Source: Alphaproteobacteria bacterium (GTDB taxonomy: Bacteria > Pseudomonadota > Alphaproteobacteria > Micavibrionales > UBA2020). From it: a DNA stretch of 64,000 nucleotides. Of the stretch, positions 9,094 through 18,305 are shown in pieces (the stretch's first letter is position 1; each line of letters begins with the position of its first letter). Under the pieces are notes generated by a model. The model worked only from the letters and a program-made list of their open reading frames with translations. It was not told the origin of the DNA and ran no database searches. Position numbers and translations under genes: made by a program. The stretch lies in contig JBKBWZ010000006.1 of assembly GCA_046314385.1 (NCBI GenBank), positions 6,173 through 70,172 of the forward strand, in the 5' to 3' direction.

Positions 9094-9711
9094 ATGAGCT
9101 GGATGAAACATAGCCGCCGCGGCCGCCCCTCTCCCCCGCGTGAGCCGGAAAACGGCATCGTCATCGCCATTTCAAACGGCGATCGCGGATGGCTGGCCGC
9201 GCTGCTGCAGGCGGGCGCAGATACCAATGCACCACACCGCGGCACCTTGCCGCTGCATCTGGCAGCGCGGCGCGGTGAATTTGATATTGTCGATATGCTC
9301 ATCGCCCGCGGCGCAAAAATTGACGGCCGCGATGATGCGGGACGCACGGCGCTGATGATTGCCGCCGCCACAGGCAGCGCCGCCGAAATCACAGCCCTGA
9401 TCCAGCGCGGCGCAGCTATCGACGCCGCCGACAAAGAAGGCAATACCGCCGCACATCATGCCGCGCGGGCGCTGCGTTTCGATCATCTGGCGCGGCTGGT
9501 GCAGGCGGGCGCGGATACTGCCGCCGCCAATCACGCCGGTGAAACGCCGCGCAGCCTGTGCGCTGCCGAAGGGGGCCATGCCGTATCTGTATTGGAACAG
9601 GCCGCAAAAGACCGCGCCAAAATCATCGCTGCCCAAAACGCCACGCTGCAGCAGTCCATCACCTTGATGCCGCCGCTAAGGTTCAAGCCGCGCACGGCAG
9701 GGCCGCGCTAG
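9094..9711 (+). CDS. ankyrin-repeat protein (205 aa), candidate secreted effector
   Basis: ANK repeats: LPLHLAARRGEFDIVDMLIARGAKIDGRDDAGRTALMIAAATGSAAEITALIQRGAAIDAADKEGNTAAHHAA. Tail is PPLRFKPRTAGPR. Confidence 0.85.
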   Translation: MSWMKHSRRGRPSPPREPENGIVIAISNGDRGWLAALLQAGADTNAPHRGTLPLHLAARRGEFDIVDMLIARGAKIDGRDDAGRTALMIAAATGSAAEITALIQRGAAIDAADKEGNTAAHHAARALRFDHLARLVQAGADTAAANHAGETPRSLCAAEGGHAVSVLEQAAKDRAKIIAAQNATLQQSITLMPPLRFKPRTAGPR

Positions 9712-9769
9712 GCCAGCGCTTTTAAAAAACAATCATGCATGTAAAAAACGGCCGATGCCGCAGGCGTTA

Positions 9770-10285
9770 TCAACCGCCGAGGGTTTCGCGCGCAGCCCTG
9801 CAGGTATTGTGATTTGCAGCATCCTTTGCCGGGGCCGCATGGCAATTTTGTTTTTTTTGCGCCTGCCATGCCGCGAAGCTGACGACCGGATGTTCGTCAC
9901 CGAAACGCAGCGCCTGCATTTCAAGCCAGACACGCAGATAGGGATTGGCCGGCGACGGGTCGATTTTATAAATCGGATAAACGCCGTCCAGCTTCAGGTC
10001 TGCCAGAAAGGGCAATTGTTCTTCAAGGCAGGCTTTGACGGTTTCGATATTCGCCTGCGTTTGCGCGGCGGTGGCATCGCAGTCCATGACGAAAGCAACA
10101 AGGCGGTGCAGCGCCGCGGAGCCTTCCTGCGCGAGCATCAAACCGCTCGAGAGCGAGATAATATCATTGAGGTGAAAGTATTTAGAGACCAGACCGCTAT
10201 CGGCAGACATGTTGCCTTGCAGCATGTCTTGTTCGTTTTGCAGCGCGGCGGCGCCGTCGGCCGCTTCATAAGAATCATACGTCAT
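9770..10285 (-). CDS. small acidic hypothetical protein (about 171 aa)
   Basis: The ORF is open to 10363, but the first 26 codons have atypically AT-rich third positions, so the start was set at MTYDSYEA. My count is about 21 Asp/Glu against 12 Lys/Arg. No recognisable motif. Confidence 0.5.
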   Translation of the reverse strand: MTYDSYEAADGAAALQNEQDMLQGNMSADSGLVSKYFHLNDIISLSSGLMLAQEGSAALHRLVAFVMDCDATAAQTQANIETVKACLEEQLPFLADLKLDGVYPIYKIDPSPANPYLRVWLEMQALRFGDEHPVVSFAAWQAQKKQNCHAAPAKDAANHNTCRAARETLGG

Positions 10286-10541
10286 GGTACACACCCATCT
10301 ATCAGCCCTTGGGGCCTGTTGCGGCGGCAGAAATGTGACGCCGTTTAGATCATTTAGGTACATGATTTAAAACATCTTTTGGCGCAAAGGTCGCCTGAAA
10401 TATTTTCATCGTCGCAAAATACTGCGCCCGTGTTTTTATTATGTCAACATTTTTGTCGCACTGCGGAAAAAAGCAAAAAAGATCAATGCCCTGCCGCAAC
10501 GCTGCGGCGGGGACTATGCATCGTCATTGTCACCGAGTCGC

Positions 10542-12143
10542 TTAGCGGCGGGGGCCGCCGTCACGTTTTTGGGAGAGGTTGCCGTCTTTCGGGTCTTCGT
10601 TTGCCGGCGGCGGCGCGTCATTTTTGGGCACCGGCGCAGCCGGTTTGGCGAAATCACGCGCCGAAGGCAGACGCAGCACCTTGCCGCGCGCTTTGTCGAG
10701 CGTGCCTGCGTCCTTGTCTTTCGCCGCACTGCCGCGCGGACGCATCAATTCGGGATTGAGCGGCAATTGTTTTTGATACTGCCCGCCCGCCACGATCAGA
10801 CGCTGCACGATGGTGCTGTCGCGATCGCCCTTTTCTGCCAGACGGTCGAGCACCGTCCAGCCGCGGTCATCCGTCAGATCCGGGTTGGCGCCGCGGTCGA
10901 GCAGCAGGTCGAGAATATCCATGTTCTTTTTTTCAATCGCCAGATGCAGCGGCGATGCGCCCTTGGCATCGGCAATATCCGGGCTTGCGCCGCGCGCCAG
11001 CAAATATTCGACAAGATCAATTTTGCCCGTCGCGGTGGCGAAGTGCATCAGCGTGCGTCCCGCGCGGTCACGCGCATCCGGGTCGGCACCGCGGATCAGC
11101 ATGATGCGCGCCGCGCTTTCAAGACTGCCCGATTGCATCGTCCAGTGGCGGCCATGCACGCAATCACACAGTTCGCCCAGCGGGGTGATGCCAGCATTGT
11201 TTTTTTCAGCCAGCAGTTCCGGCGCGCGGTCGAGCACGCGGGCAATCATAAACACGCTTTGCGTGCGCGCCAGCACGTGCAGGACGTTATTGCCGTTATT
11301 GTCTTTTTGTGTCAGATCGGCGCGGTCAAGCACGGACGCAAAGGCATCGGCTTTTTCCAGCCGCGCGGCAAGATGTAAAAGATTTTCGCCCTTGTCATTG
11401 ACGGCGCAAACATCTGCGGCGGCGGCCAGCATATGCTGCAACACCTGCGGGTATCGCTGCAGGCGTTCATCGTCAATCATATACATGTAAGGCGATTTAC
11501 CGTCTTCGTCGCGCAGGTTGGGGTCTGCTTTGTTGCGCAGCAGACGCTCCACCATCAGCGGTTTGTCGAGGAAAAGATGCAGCGGCGTCTTGCCGTCTTC
11601 GTCGCGGGCATTCGGATCGGCACCGCCGCTGACCAGAAGGTCGATCAAGGCAGGGCGCGCCGTACCCAGTTTGTGCAGCGGACGGCGGCCGTCTTCGTCG
11701 GCGATATTCGGATCCGCGCCCAGTTTCAGCAGCATCTGTACAAAATTATCCTGGCTTTGCGCGGCGGCGTGATGCAGCGGGGTGCGGCCCTGCGCGTCTT
11801 TGAGATCGATATCGGCGCCGGCCTGTATCAGCGCAACGGCAATGCCGTGGCGGTCTTTGTCGAGGGCAAGGTGCAGGGGCGGAAACAACATCGCGCCGCG
11901 AAAGTTCACATCGGCACCGGATTTGATCAGCGAGACAACACGGGCCAGATCGTTATTCGCCACCGCGCGCTGCAGGCGCGTGAATCCGTTTTCGTCGACC
12001 TTGTTGGGGTCGCCCTTGAAAAAACCGGCCATGGCGTTAAAGAAATTCTTCAATTCGGCGCGTCCCGTGTCCGGCCAGCCATGCCCCAAGCGGACAAGAC
12101 CGGCAGATGATGCAAAATTGCTTACGGAGAAAAAAATTAGCAT
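10542..12143 (-). CDS. large ankyrin-repeat protein (about 12 repeats), candidate secreted effector
   Basis: Long run of canonical repeats, for example DAQGRTPLHHAAAQSQDNFVQMLLKLGADPNIADEDGRRPLHKL, DEDGKTPLHLF and DAKGASPLHLAIEKKNMDILDLLLDRGANPDLTDDRGWTVL. The start may be the internal MAGFFKGD at 12032. Confidence 0.85.
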   Translation of the reverse strand: MLIFFSVSNFASSAGLVRLGHGWPDTGRAELKNFFNAMAGFFKGDPNKVDENGFTRLQRAVANNDLARVVSLIKSGADVNFRGAMLFPPLHLALDKDRHGIAVALIQAGADIDLKDAQGRTPLHHAAAQSQDNFVQMLLKLGADPNIADEDGRRPLHKLGTARPALIDLLVSGGADPNARDEDGKTPLHLFLDKPLMVERLLRNKADPNLRDEDGKSPYMYMIDDERLQRYPQVLQHMLAAAADVCAVNDKGENLLHLAARLEKADAFASVLDRADLTQKDNNGNNVLHVLARTQSVFMIARVLDRAPELLAEKNNAGITPLGELCDCVHGRHWTMQSGSLESAARIMLIRGADPDARDRAGRTLMHFATATGKIDLVEYLLARGASPDIADAKGASPLHLAIEKKNMDILDLLLDRGANPDLTDDRGWTVLDRLAEKGDRDSTIVQRLIVAGGQYQKQLPLNPELMRPRGSAAKDKDAGTLDKARGKVLRLPSARDFAKPAAPVPKNDAPPPANEDPKDGNLSQKRDGGPRR

Positions 12144-12410
12144 GATGTGGAAAGCGAGTCTATGCCGCTTCGTAACCCTGCATTAAAAAACAGCGGCAAA
12201 ACGCAACTTTATTACAATTAACGCCGTTCAGTTAAAACATGCAAAGCATGTCTATTGCCAGAACATTGTTATTAAATGATTTTTTTGACTTGCACAGGGA
12301 CGGAGCCGCCTGACAGTATATAATAAGTATCTCCGGCATGGCCGCCATGCCGCGCCAAATACAGAAAATACCGCGCAGATGCTCAAAAAACAGCGCCCGC
12401 GCCCCTTTTG

Positions 12411-13916
12411 ATGTCAGGTTTTATGTCCCCGCTTGTCGCCCGCCGCACGCCCCTGCGCCGCCCTGCCGCTGCCTTTGCCGCCGCACTGCTGCTGGCCGTC
12501 TGTCTGCTGCTGCCTGTACACATATCCCGCGCGCAACCCCATGATGCGCCGCCGGCGCTGGCCGATACCTCTGCCGCCGCACAAACGCCTGCCGCACCCG
12601 CGGCTATGGATGACGAAGCGCAGCGCATCTACCGCAAATACGGCGATGCGCTTTATCAGATACAGGTGATTGATCTGGTCACTGAAAAGAAAACCGCCAT
12701 CGGCTCCGGCTTTCAATTCACCAAAGACGGTATGATTGCCACCAATTACCATGTCGTCGCCGATGCGATCCAGCGGCCCGAAGCCAACCGGCTGGAATTC
12801 GTCCATGACCATTTTGGCACGGGGCGGCTGAAAATTCTGACCGCCGATGTGCGTTATGATCTGGCCATCTTGCAGCTGGAAACGCCGCATGCCGCCTATG
12901 TCGAGCTGGGAAAATCCGACCTGCCCAAGGGCACGCGTCTTTTTTCACTGGGCAACCCGCATGACATCGGCTTTACGATTGTCGAAGGCACCTACAACGG
13001 CGTTTCGCGCGACAGCTTTATCGACAAAATCCATTTTTCCGGCGCGGTCAATCCGGGCATGAGCGGCGGGCCGGTGCTGGGGCATGATGGCCGCGTTGCC
13101 GGTATCAACGTCATGACCGCGGGCAACCAGATCGGATTTCTGGTGCCGGTGGAGCCGCTGCGCGATATGGTCGCCGCCCTCAAAGACGCCGGTGCGACGG
13201 CGCCCGATTTTACCGCAACCGCCAAAGAGCGCATCGGCGCGCAGCTGATCGAGGCGCAGGCAAAAGCCCTTGCGCGCATGCAGGTCGGCAACTGGAACAA
13301 CGTGCCGTTTGGCCGCATGATGGTGCCCGGGCGCATTGATACCGCTTTTAAATGCTGGGCCAGCCAGCGCCATACCGATAAAAGCCCCTATACCCATCAC
13401 CGCACCAGCTGTTCGACCGAAGACAGTATTTATCTGGACGACGGGTTCACGACCGGCAGCTTTAGCTATAGCTACGAGCTGCTGCGCGCGCGCAAGGGGT
13501 TTGGCAGTTTGCGGTTTTATAATATCTATCAGCAGCTCTATGCCAATCCTTCGGATGCGTTTTTTTCCATGAACGCGCGCGAAAAAGACGTCTCCAATTT
13601 TGATTGCGACACCCGTTTTGTCGTCATGGACGGCCAGCGCTGGAAAGCTTCTTTTTGCACGCGGCATTACAAAGAATACGCCGGACTGCATGACATGCTG
13701 CTGTATATGGCGCAGCTGGGACAGAGCCGCGAGGGTCTGGTGATCACCCTCGGCGCACAGGGCGTCACCAAAGACGGCGGACTTTCGCTGATACAGCGTT
13801 TTATGTCGGCCATGACGCCCCAGCCGATTGCCGCCGAAGAACCGCCGCCATCCCTCACCGCCGCCGATGCACCGGAACAGGCCGCCCATAAAGACAGCGC
13901 GGGGGCAGCGCCATGA
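12411..13916 (+). CDS. secreted trypsin-like (S1/DegP-type) serine protease without PDZ, with a Cys-containing C-terminal domain
   Basis: Signal-like N-terminus. Catalytic-triad contexts ATNYHVV (His), DLAILQLE (Asp) and GMSGGPVLGHDGRVAGINV (Ser). About 250 aa of unassigned C-terminal sequence. ATGA-coupled to the downstream FHA gene. Confidence 0.85.
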   Translation: MSGFMSPLVARRTPLRRPAAAFAAALLLAVCLLLPVHISRAQPHDAPPALADTSAAAQTPAAPAAMDDEAQRIYRKYGDALYQIQVIDLVTEKKTAIGSGFQFTKDGMIATNYHVVADAIQRPEANRLEFVHDHFGTGRLKILTADVRYDLAILQLETPHAAYVELGKSDLPKGTRLFSLGNPHDIGFTIVEGTYNGVSRDSFIDKIHFSGAVNPGMSGGPVLGHDGRVAGINVMTAGNQIGFLVPVEPLRDMVAALKDAGATAPDFTATAKERIGAQLIEAQAKALARMQVGNWNNVPFGRMMVPGRIDTAFKCWASQRHTDKSPYTHHRTSCSTEDSIYLDDGFTTGSFSYSYELLRARKGFGSLRFYNIYQQLYANPSDAFFSMNAREKDVSNFDCDTRFVVMDGQRWKASFCTRHYKEYAGLHDMLLYMAQLGQSREGLVITLGAQGVTKDGGLSLIQRFMSAMTPQPIAAEEPPPSLTAADAPEQAAHKDSAGAAP

Positions 13917-14872
13917 CCAAACTCGTCATTCGCATCGGCGATCATGACGGCGACGATGCCGTTGTCTATCACCGGCCGGCGCATTTTCCGATCACGCTGG
14001 GGCGCGGTTTTGGCAACGACATTATTTTGCCCGATCCGCACGCATCGGCACACCATGCCGAAATTCTGCATGATGGCACGGACTGGATTTTGCGCGATCT
14101 GGGCAGCGAAAACGGCATCCTTCTGCACGGCACGGCGCTGCGGGGGGCACAGACGCGCCTGACATCCGGCGACGAATTTATGCTGGGGCGCACGCCCGTT
14201 GCGGTTTTCGATCCGCAGCATCCGGTACCCGCCGCAGAAAAGCTGGAACAGACACATCCGTTTATCGCGCATATCACAGGCGGTGTTTTGCCGTGGCTGT
14301 ATTTTACGCTGGCGATTGCGGCGATATGCCTGATGGACTATCTGGATTTCTGGACCGAAAATGCGGCAGCGCAAGTGGCCAAAACAGCGGGCGGCATTGC
14401 GCTGGGCATTTTGATCTGGGCCCTGCCGTGGTCGGTTGCGGGCAGGTTGATCCGCCACCGTTCTGCGTTTCGCGCGCATGTGGCGATGGTCAGCCTGTGC
14501 CTTTTGGCGGCGACGCTGCTCTGGCCGCTGCAGGATATGCTGAATTTTTTGACGTCTGAAAATCTTTTTGCCGCGGCCTGCGAATATATACTGAACGGCG
14601 TACTGATCGCGGGGCTGATCTATGGCAGCCTGGCGCTGGCCACGCATATGACTGCGCGCCGGCGGGCGCTGGCGGCGGGGTTTTTTACCCTTGGCGTTAT
14701 GGGCTCGCTGCTGGCGCTGGGCTATCTGGGCGGCGATACTTTTGATCCGCGGCCGCAATATGCATCGGGGCTGGAGCCGTATTTCCACAGCCTGCCACCG
14801 GCGGACGGCATCGATGATTTCCTCGCACGGGCACGGCAGCTCACCGAAGACAATTCCAAGCCTTTGAATTAA
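13913..14872 (+). CDS. FHA-domain protein with a polytopic membrane C-terminus
   Basis: N-terminal FHA signature ITLGRGFGNDIILPDPHASAHHAEILHDGTDWILRDLGSENGILLHG, then about 5-6 hydrophobic helices. Start overlaps the protease stop (ATGA). Confidence 0.8.
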   Translation: MTKLVIRIGDHDGDDAVVYHRPAHFPITLGRGFGNDIILPDPHASAHHAEILHDGTDWILRDLGSENGILLHGTALRGAQTRLTSGDEFMLGRTPVAVFDPQHPVPAAEKLEQTHPFIAHITGGVLPWLYFTLAIAAICLMDYLDFWTENAAAQVAKTAGGIALGILIWALPWSVAGRLIRHRSAFRAHVAMVSLCLLAATLLWPLQDMLNFLTSENLFAAACEYILNGVLIAGLIYGSLALATHMTARRRALAAGFFTLGVMGSLLALGYLGGDTFDPRPQYASGLEPYFHSLPPADGIDDFLARARQLTEDNSKPLN

Positions 14873-14909
14873 AAAAGAATTTCAGCGCAGGCGCGACGCC
14901 GTGCCGTCC

Positions 14910-14940
14910 TTGACTCTTTTTTGATGTTATGGAATATTAT
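14910..14940 (+). promoter_or_regulatory. sigma70-like promoter candidate (TTGACT then AATATTAT)
   Basis: TTGACT at 14910-14915. An AT-rich -10 candidate (AATATT or TATTAT) follows after a 17-19 nt spacer. Its position argues for the ATG at 14966 as the start of the downstream gene. Confidence 0.3.
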
Positions 14941-14965
14941 ACACGCTCAACCCGAAGGCCGAAAA

Positions 14966-16696
14966 ATGGTACAGCCGCCACATCCCTGGCCCCAGCCGCC
15001 ACCGCGCAATCACATGCACTTCAACCCCGAAGGCATGCAGGCCGTCTATCTGCCGCATCGCGGGGGGGCAGATCTGTTTTTTTGCCACGGGCTGGAGCCG
15101 AAATCACCGCAGGCAAAAATGATGGAAGCTGTCGCGCGCCATGACACGGCGCAGCTGGCCGCACTCATGGCGCAGCACCCGCTGGTGCCGCCCGATTTTC
15201 AAAACGCGAATGGCGTCACGCCGCTGATGGTTGCTGCCGCGCGCGGCAATACGGAGGCGCTGCATGTACTGGCCAACCACCCGCTGGTCAGCCTGTCACA
15301 GCAAAACCGCGACGGCTGGACAGCACTGCATTACGCCGCCCATTTTGACCAGAGCGATGGCGTGGCCGTGCTTTTGAAACGTCAGGCAGATTTTAAAATC
15401 GTCAACAATAGCGGCGAAAGCCCCTTTGCACTTGCGCCAGCAGCAGCGCAGGAGGCTTTCTGGGCGCATAAGCCTTTTGTCTATCATATGAAACGGTCTA
15501 CGCCGAACCACCCGCGTCTGTCGCCCCCGCCGCCAAAACCGGAAACCGTCACCACGGAAAACAATGAAAAGCCCGCCGCGCCAAAGCCCGCCGCCACAAA
15601 CAACAAACCCGCCCAGATGTCATTGACGGCGGCTTTTACACGCGCGGCGATGAATGTGGGTCTCAGCACCTCGGCCAGATCGGGGGTTTTCGAGCGCCTC
15701 AAAACCGATATCGCCGAAGGCCGCAGCGACACGCTGCCCGATGCCTATGTACGGATGGAAACCGCCGCGGCGGAAGCACAAAAACGCCGTGAGACTATCC
15801 ATTTCGACTGGGACGGTCTTTTGGCTGTCGCGGCGAGTGCAGGGAATATTCCGGCACTGACCTTTATCGCCAAGAAGCGCGATTACATGGACAGCAAGCC
15901 GCTGACGCAGGCGCTGGCGGCCTTGATTGCGACAGGCAAAGACAATCCGCAAACAGCCGAAGCCGCGCAGTGGCTTTTGCGCTGGGGCGCGGATGCAAAC
16001 GCCACCGCCAAGCTGGCCTATTATCACGGATCCAAACCGGGCACGCTGGCCTATCAGGCCTTTGCCGCGCGCAAGCCGCTGATTTTCGAAGCCATCTGTC
16101 TGCAGGCCGGCGTTTTGAAAACATGGCACGTATCGCCCGACCAGCTGAGATGGGAACAGAAAGTTGAAAAAATTCTGGCCGACCAGCTGCACGGCAATGC
16201 CGATCCGAATATCCGCCCCGTTCTGGATGCGCGCGGCGAAGCTGTCGCGCTTTTGAAAATGCGCAGCTTGCTGGAACATATGGGACACGAAAAACTGACC
16301 GCGCATCTCGAAGACGCGCTGACGCGCGCAGATCTGCGCAAGATGATGACGGTTTACGCAGAGACACGCACCAAACACATCCTGCGCGGTGCCTTCACTG
16401 TGCCGCCGGAAATGGGCGCCCGCGCGATGGCCCTTGCGCTGATGCACGGCCGCACCGGTTTTGCCAAACGTCTGGAGGCTGACGGCCATAGTCTGCACAA
16501 CCTGCGCGGCGGTGCCTATGGCGCTGAAATCACCAGACTGGAGGAAACCGGCAGCGATGCCGTGCGCGCATTTATCCGCAGGCATAAATCCGGCGAGAAA
16601 ACCGCGCCCGATATTCTTTCAATTGACGACAAATACACCCTGCTGCGCGGCGCGGCGGCGCGGATGCCCGTTTCAGGGCGCGGATACGGCTTCTAG
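14966..16696 (+). CDS. ankyrin-repeat protein (about 576 aa), candidate secreted effector
   Basis: ANK repeats NANGVTPLMVAAARGNTEALHVLANHP and NRDGWTALHYAAHFDQSDGVAVLLKRQADF, plus later degenerate repeats (LLRWGADANA). GAAGG lies 9 nt before the ATG at 14966. The ORF is open from 14921. Confidence 0.8.
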   Translation: MVQPPHPWPQPPPRNHMHFNPEGMQAVYLPHRGGADLFFCHGLEPKSPQAKMMEAVARHDTAQLAALMAQHPLVPPDFQNANGVTPLMVAAARGNTEALHVLANHPLVSLSQQNRDGWTALHYAAHFDQSDGVAVLLKRQADFKIVNNSGESPFALAPAAAQEAFWAHKPFVYHMKRSTPNHPRLSPPPPKPETVTTENNEKPAAPKPAATNNKPAQMSLTAAFTRAAMNVGLSTSARSGVFERLKTDIAEGRSDTLPDAYVRMETAAAEAQKRRETIHFDWDGLLAVAASAGNIPALTFIAKKRDYMDSKPLTQALAALIATGKDNPQTAEAAQWLLRWGADANATAKLAYYHGSKPGTLAYQAFAARKPLIFEAICLQAGVLKTWHVSPDQLRWEQKVEKILADQLHGNADPNIRPVLDARGEAVALLKMRSLLEHMGHEKLTAHLEDALTRADLRKMMTVYAETRTKHILRGAFTVPPEMGARAMALALMHGRTGFAKRLEADGHSLHNLRGGAYGAEITRLEETGSDAVRAFIRRHKSGEKTAPDILSIDDKYTLLRGAAARMPVSGRGYGF

Positions 16697-16947
16697 ATAC
16701 GTCGCGGCGGAACAGCTGTAGCCGAAAAAATATTTTCAAATTCCGTAATGCGCCTTATGCCGCAGCTTTCGCGCGGCTGTTTACCTTATCTTGTACGAAA
16801 CCGCGCGCATGGCCGCGATATCTTGTGGCGGTTAACTCTATCTTAAGCCGTGCAGCCTAGTCTGGTGCAGCGATACCCCGCCCGCGCATTTGCGGCCTGC
16901 GATTTTTTAGGTTAGTGTTTTTATGGGGGTGTCGGATCGGGGTAGTC

Positions 16948-17508
16948 ATGCTGCGTCTGAACGACTTGTTTAATACCATTACCGGCAACGGAATCGACAA
17001 ACGGAACGAGCAGGGCGAAACCAAGCTCTACCGCGCCGCGCGCGAAGGCAATGTCAGCGCGGTCAAGAAACTGCTGCGCGCGGGGGCAGACCCCGATATC
17101 GCCGACAGCCACGGGCTGACGCCGCTGCATCAGGCCGCCTATTGGGGCGAAGGCGAGATTGTCAGCCTGCTGCTCAAAGCGGGCGCGGCGCCGAATATCG
17201 ATAACGGACACGGCTGGACACCTTTGCACAGCGCCGCATTGTCGGGCGGCATGAAAAGCCGCAGCGGGATTATCCGCGACCTTAAAAATGCCGGCGCCAA
17301 AGACGATATCAACGATAAACAGGGCTGGACCGCGCGTGATTACATGCAGCTTTGGGAAGAAAACGCACCGGCCGCGCAAAAATTGAAACATGGCACCGGA
17401 CATGGCGGCGCGCCTGTGCCGGATTCTGAAACATCGCGCCCGCCAGATACGCCGGTGCCGCCGCAAAACGGCGCAAAGCCCTGCGGCCCGCCCGCACCCC
17501 GTCACTGA
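16948..17508 (+). CDS. ankyrin-repeat protein (186 aa), candidate secreted effector
   Basis: ANK repeats: GETKLYRAAREGNVSAVKKLLRAGADPDIADSHGLTPLHQAAYWGEGEIVSLLLKAGAAPNIDNGHGWTPLHSAALSG. Pro-rich tail. The track start at 16915 is a GTG, so the first ATG was used. Confidence 0.85.
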   Translation: MLRLNDLFNTITGNGIDKRNEQGETKLYRAAREGNVSAVKKLLRAGADPDIADSHGLTPLHQAAYWGEGEIVSLLLKAGAAPNIDNGHGWTPLHSAALSGGMKSRSGIIRDLKNAGAKDDINDKQGWTARDYMQLWEENAPAAQKLKHGTGHGGAPVPDSETSRPPDTPVPPQNGAKPCGPPAPRH

Positions 17509-17700
17509 TCTCTTTTCCGCGATCCGTTTTCGGCGTTTATTTTCCAGTTTTCCTGTCCGGCAAAATCGGCACGCCCGCGTTCGATTATCGTTGCGCCGCG
17601 CGCCGTTTTACCTGAAACTATAAAGATATCGGCAGGATTTCATTAGAGACTGCCTTCACGCCAAGGCTGCCCCGCGCGGGCGAACAAGGAGTTGCGTCAC

Positions 17701-18267
17701 ATGGAAAACTGGGTCATCTGGGCCGTTCTGGGTCTTATCGCGCTGTTTCTGGTCGTTCTTTACAACCGGATCGTCGCGCTTGTCCAGCGCCGCAAGAACG
17801 CTTTTTCCGATATCGATGTGCAGCTGAAGCTGCGCCACGATCTGGTGCCCAACCTTGTCAACACGGTCAAGGGCTATGCCGCGCATGAAAGCGCGGTTTT
17901 CCAGCGCGTGACCGAAGCGCGCGCCACAGCCATGCGCGGCGGTGCCATCACGGACCGCGCGCAGGCCGAAGGCATGCTGGGCGCCGCCATGATGAACCTG
18001 ATGGCCGTTGCGGAAAACTATCCGCAGCTGAAAGCCGATACCAACTTCCTGCAGCTGCAATCCGAGCTGTCGGACATCGAAAACAAAATCGCCGCTGCGC
18101 GCCGTTTCTTCAACAACGCGACCAGCGAATACAACACCGTCATCACGCAGTTTCCTGCCGTGCTGGTGGCGCGTATTTTCAACTTTAAACAAGAAGCCTT
18201 CTTTGAGCTGAACGCCGAAGAAAAAACAGCCGTCAACACAGCACCGAACGTCAGCTTCGGCAGCTAA
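17701..18267 (+). CDS. LemA-family membrane protein
   Basis: N-terminal TM helix, then LemA-type YNRIVALVQRRKNAFSDIDVQLKLRHDLVPNLVNTVKGYAAHE. AAGGAG lies 9 nt before the ATG at 17701. Confidence 0.85.
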   Translation: MENWVIWAVLGLIALFLVVLYNRIVALVQRRKNAFSDIDVQLKLRHDLVPNLVNTVKGYAAHESAVFQRVTEARATAMRGGAITDRAQAEGMLGAAMMNLMAVAENYPQLKADTNFLQLQSELSDIENKIAAARRFFNNATSEYNTVITQFPAVLVARIFNFKQEAFFELNAEEKTAVNTAPNVSFGS

Positions 18268-18305
18268 GACCGGTGTAATCGGTACGGGGGCGATAAAGGC
18301 GTGAC

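Noticed and set aside
12285-12352. TTGACT and TATAAT boxes and a GGCATGGC/GCCATGCC palindrome upstream of the serine protease gene
   Set aside because: The spacing between the two hexamers is 28 nt, which is incompatible with a sigma70 promoter. The palindrome is short and GC-rich, as is common in this genome. Not reported as a feature.
13667-14788. 373-aa minus-strand ORF
   Set aside because: Antisense to the FHA/membrane gene and the protease 3' end. Arg/Gln/Pro-rich with no motif. The plus-strand genes have clear catalytic and FHA signatures.
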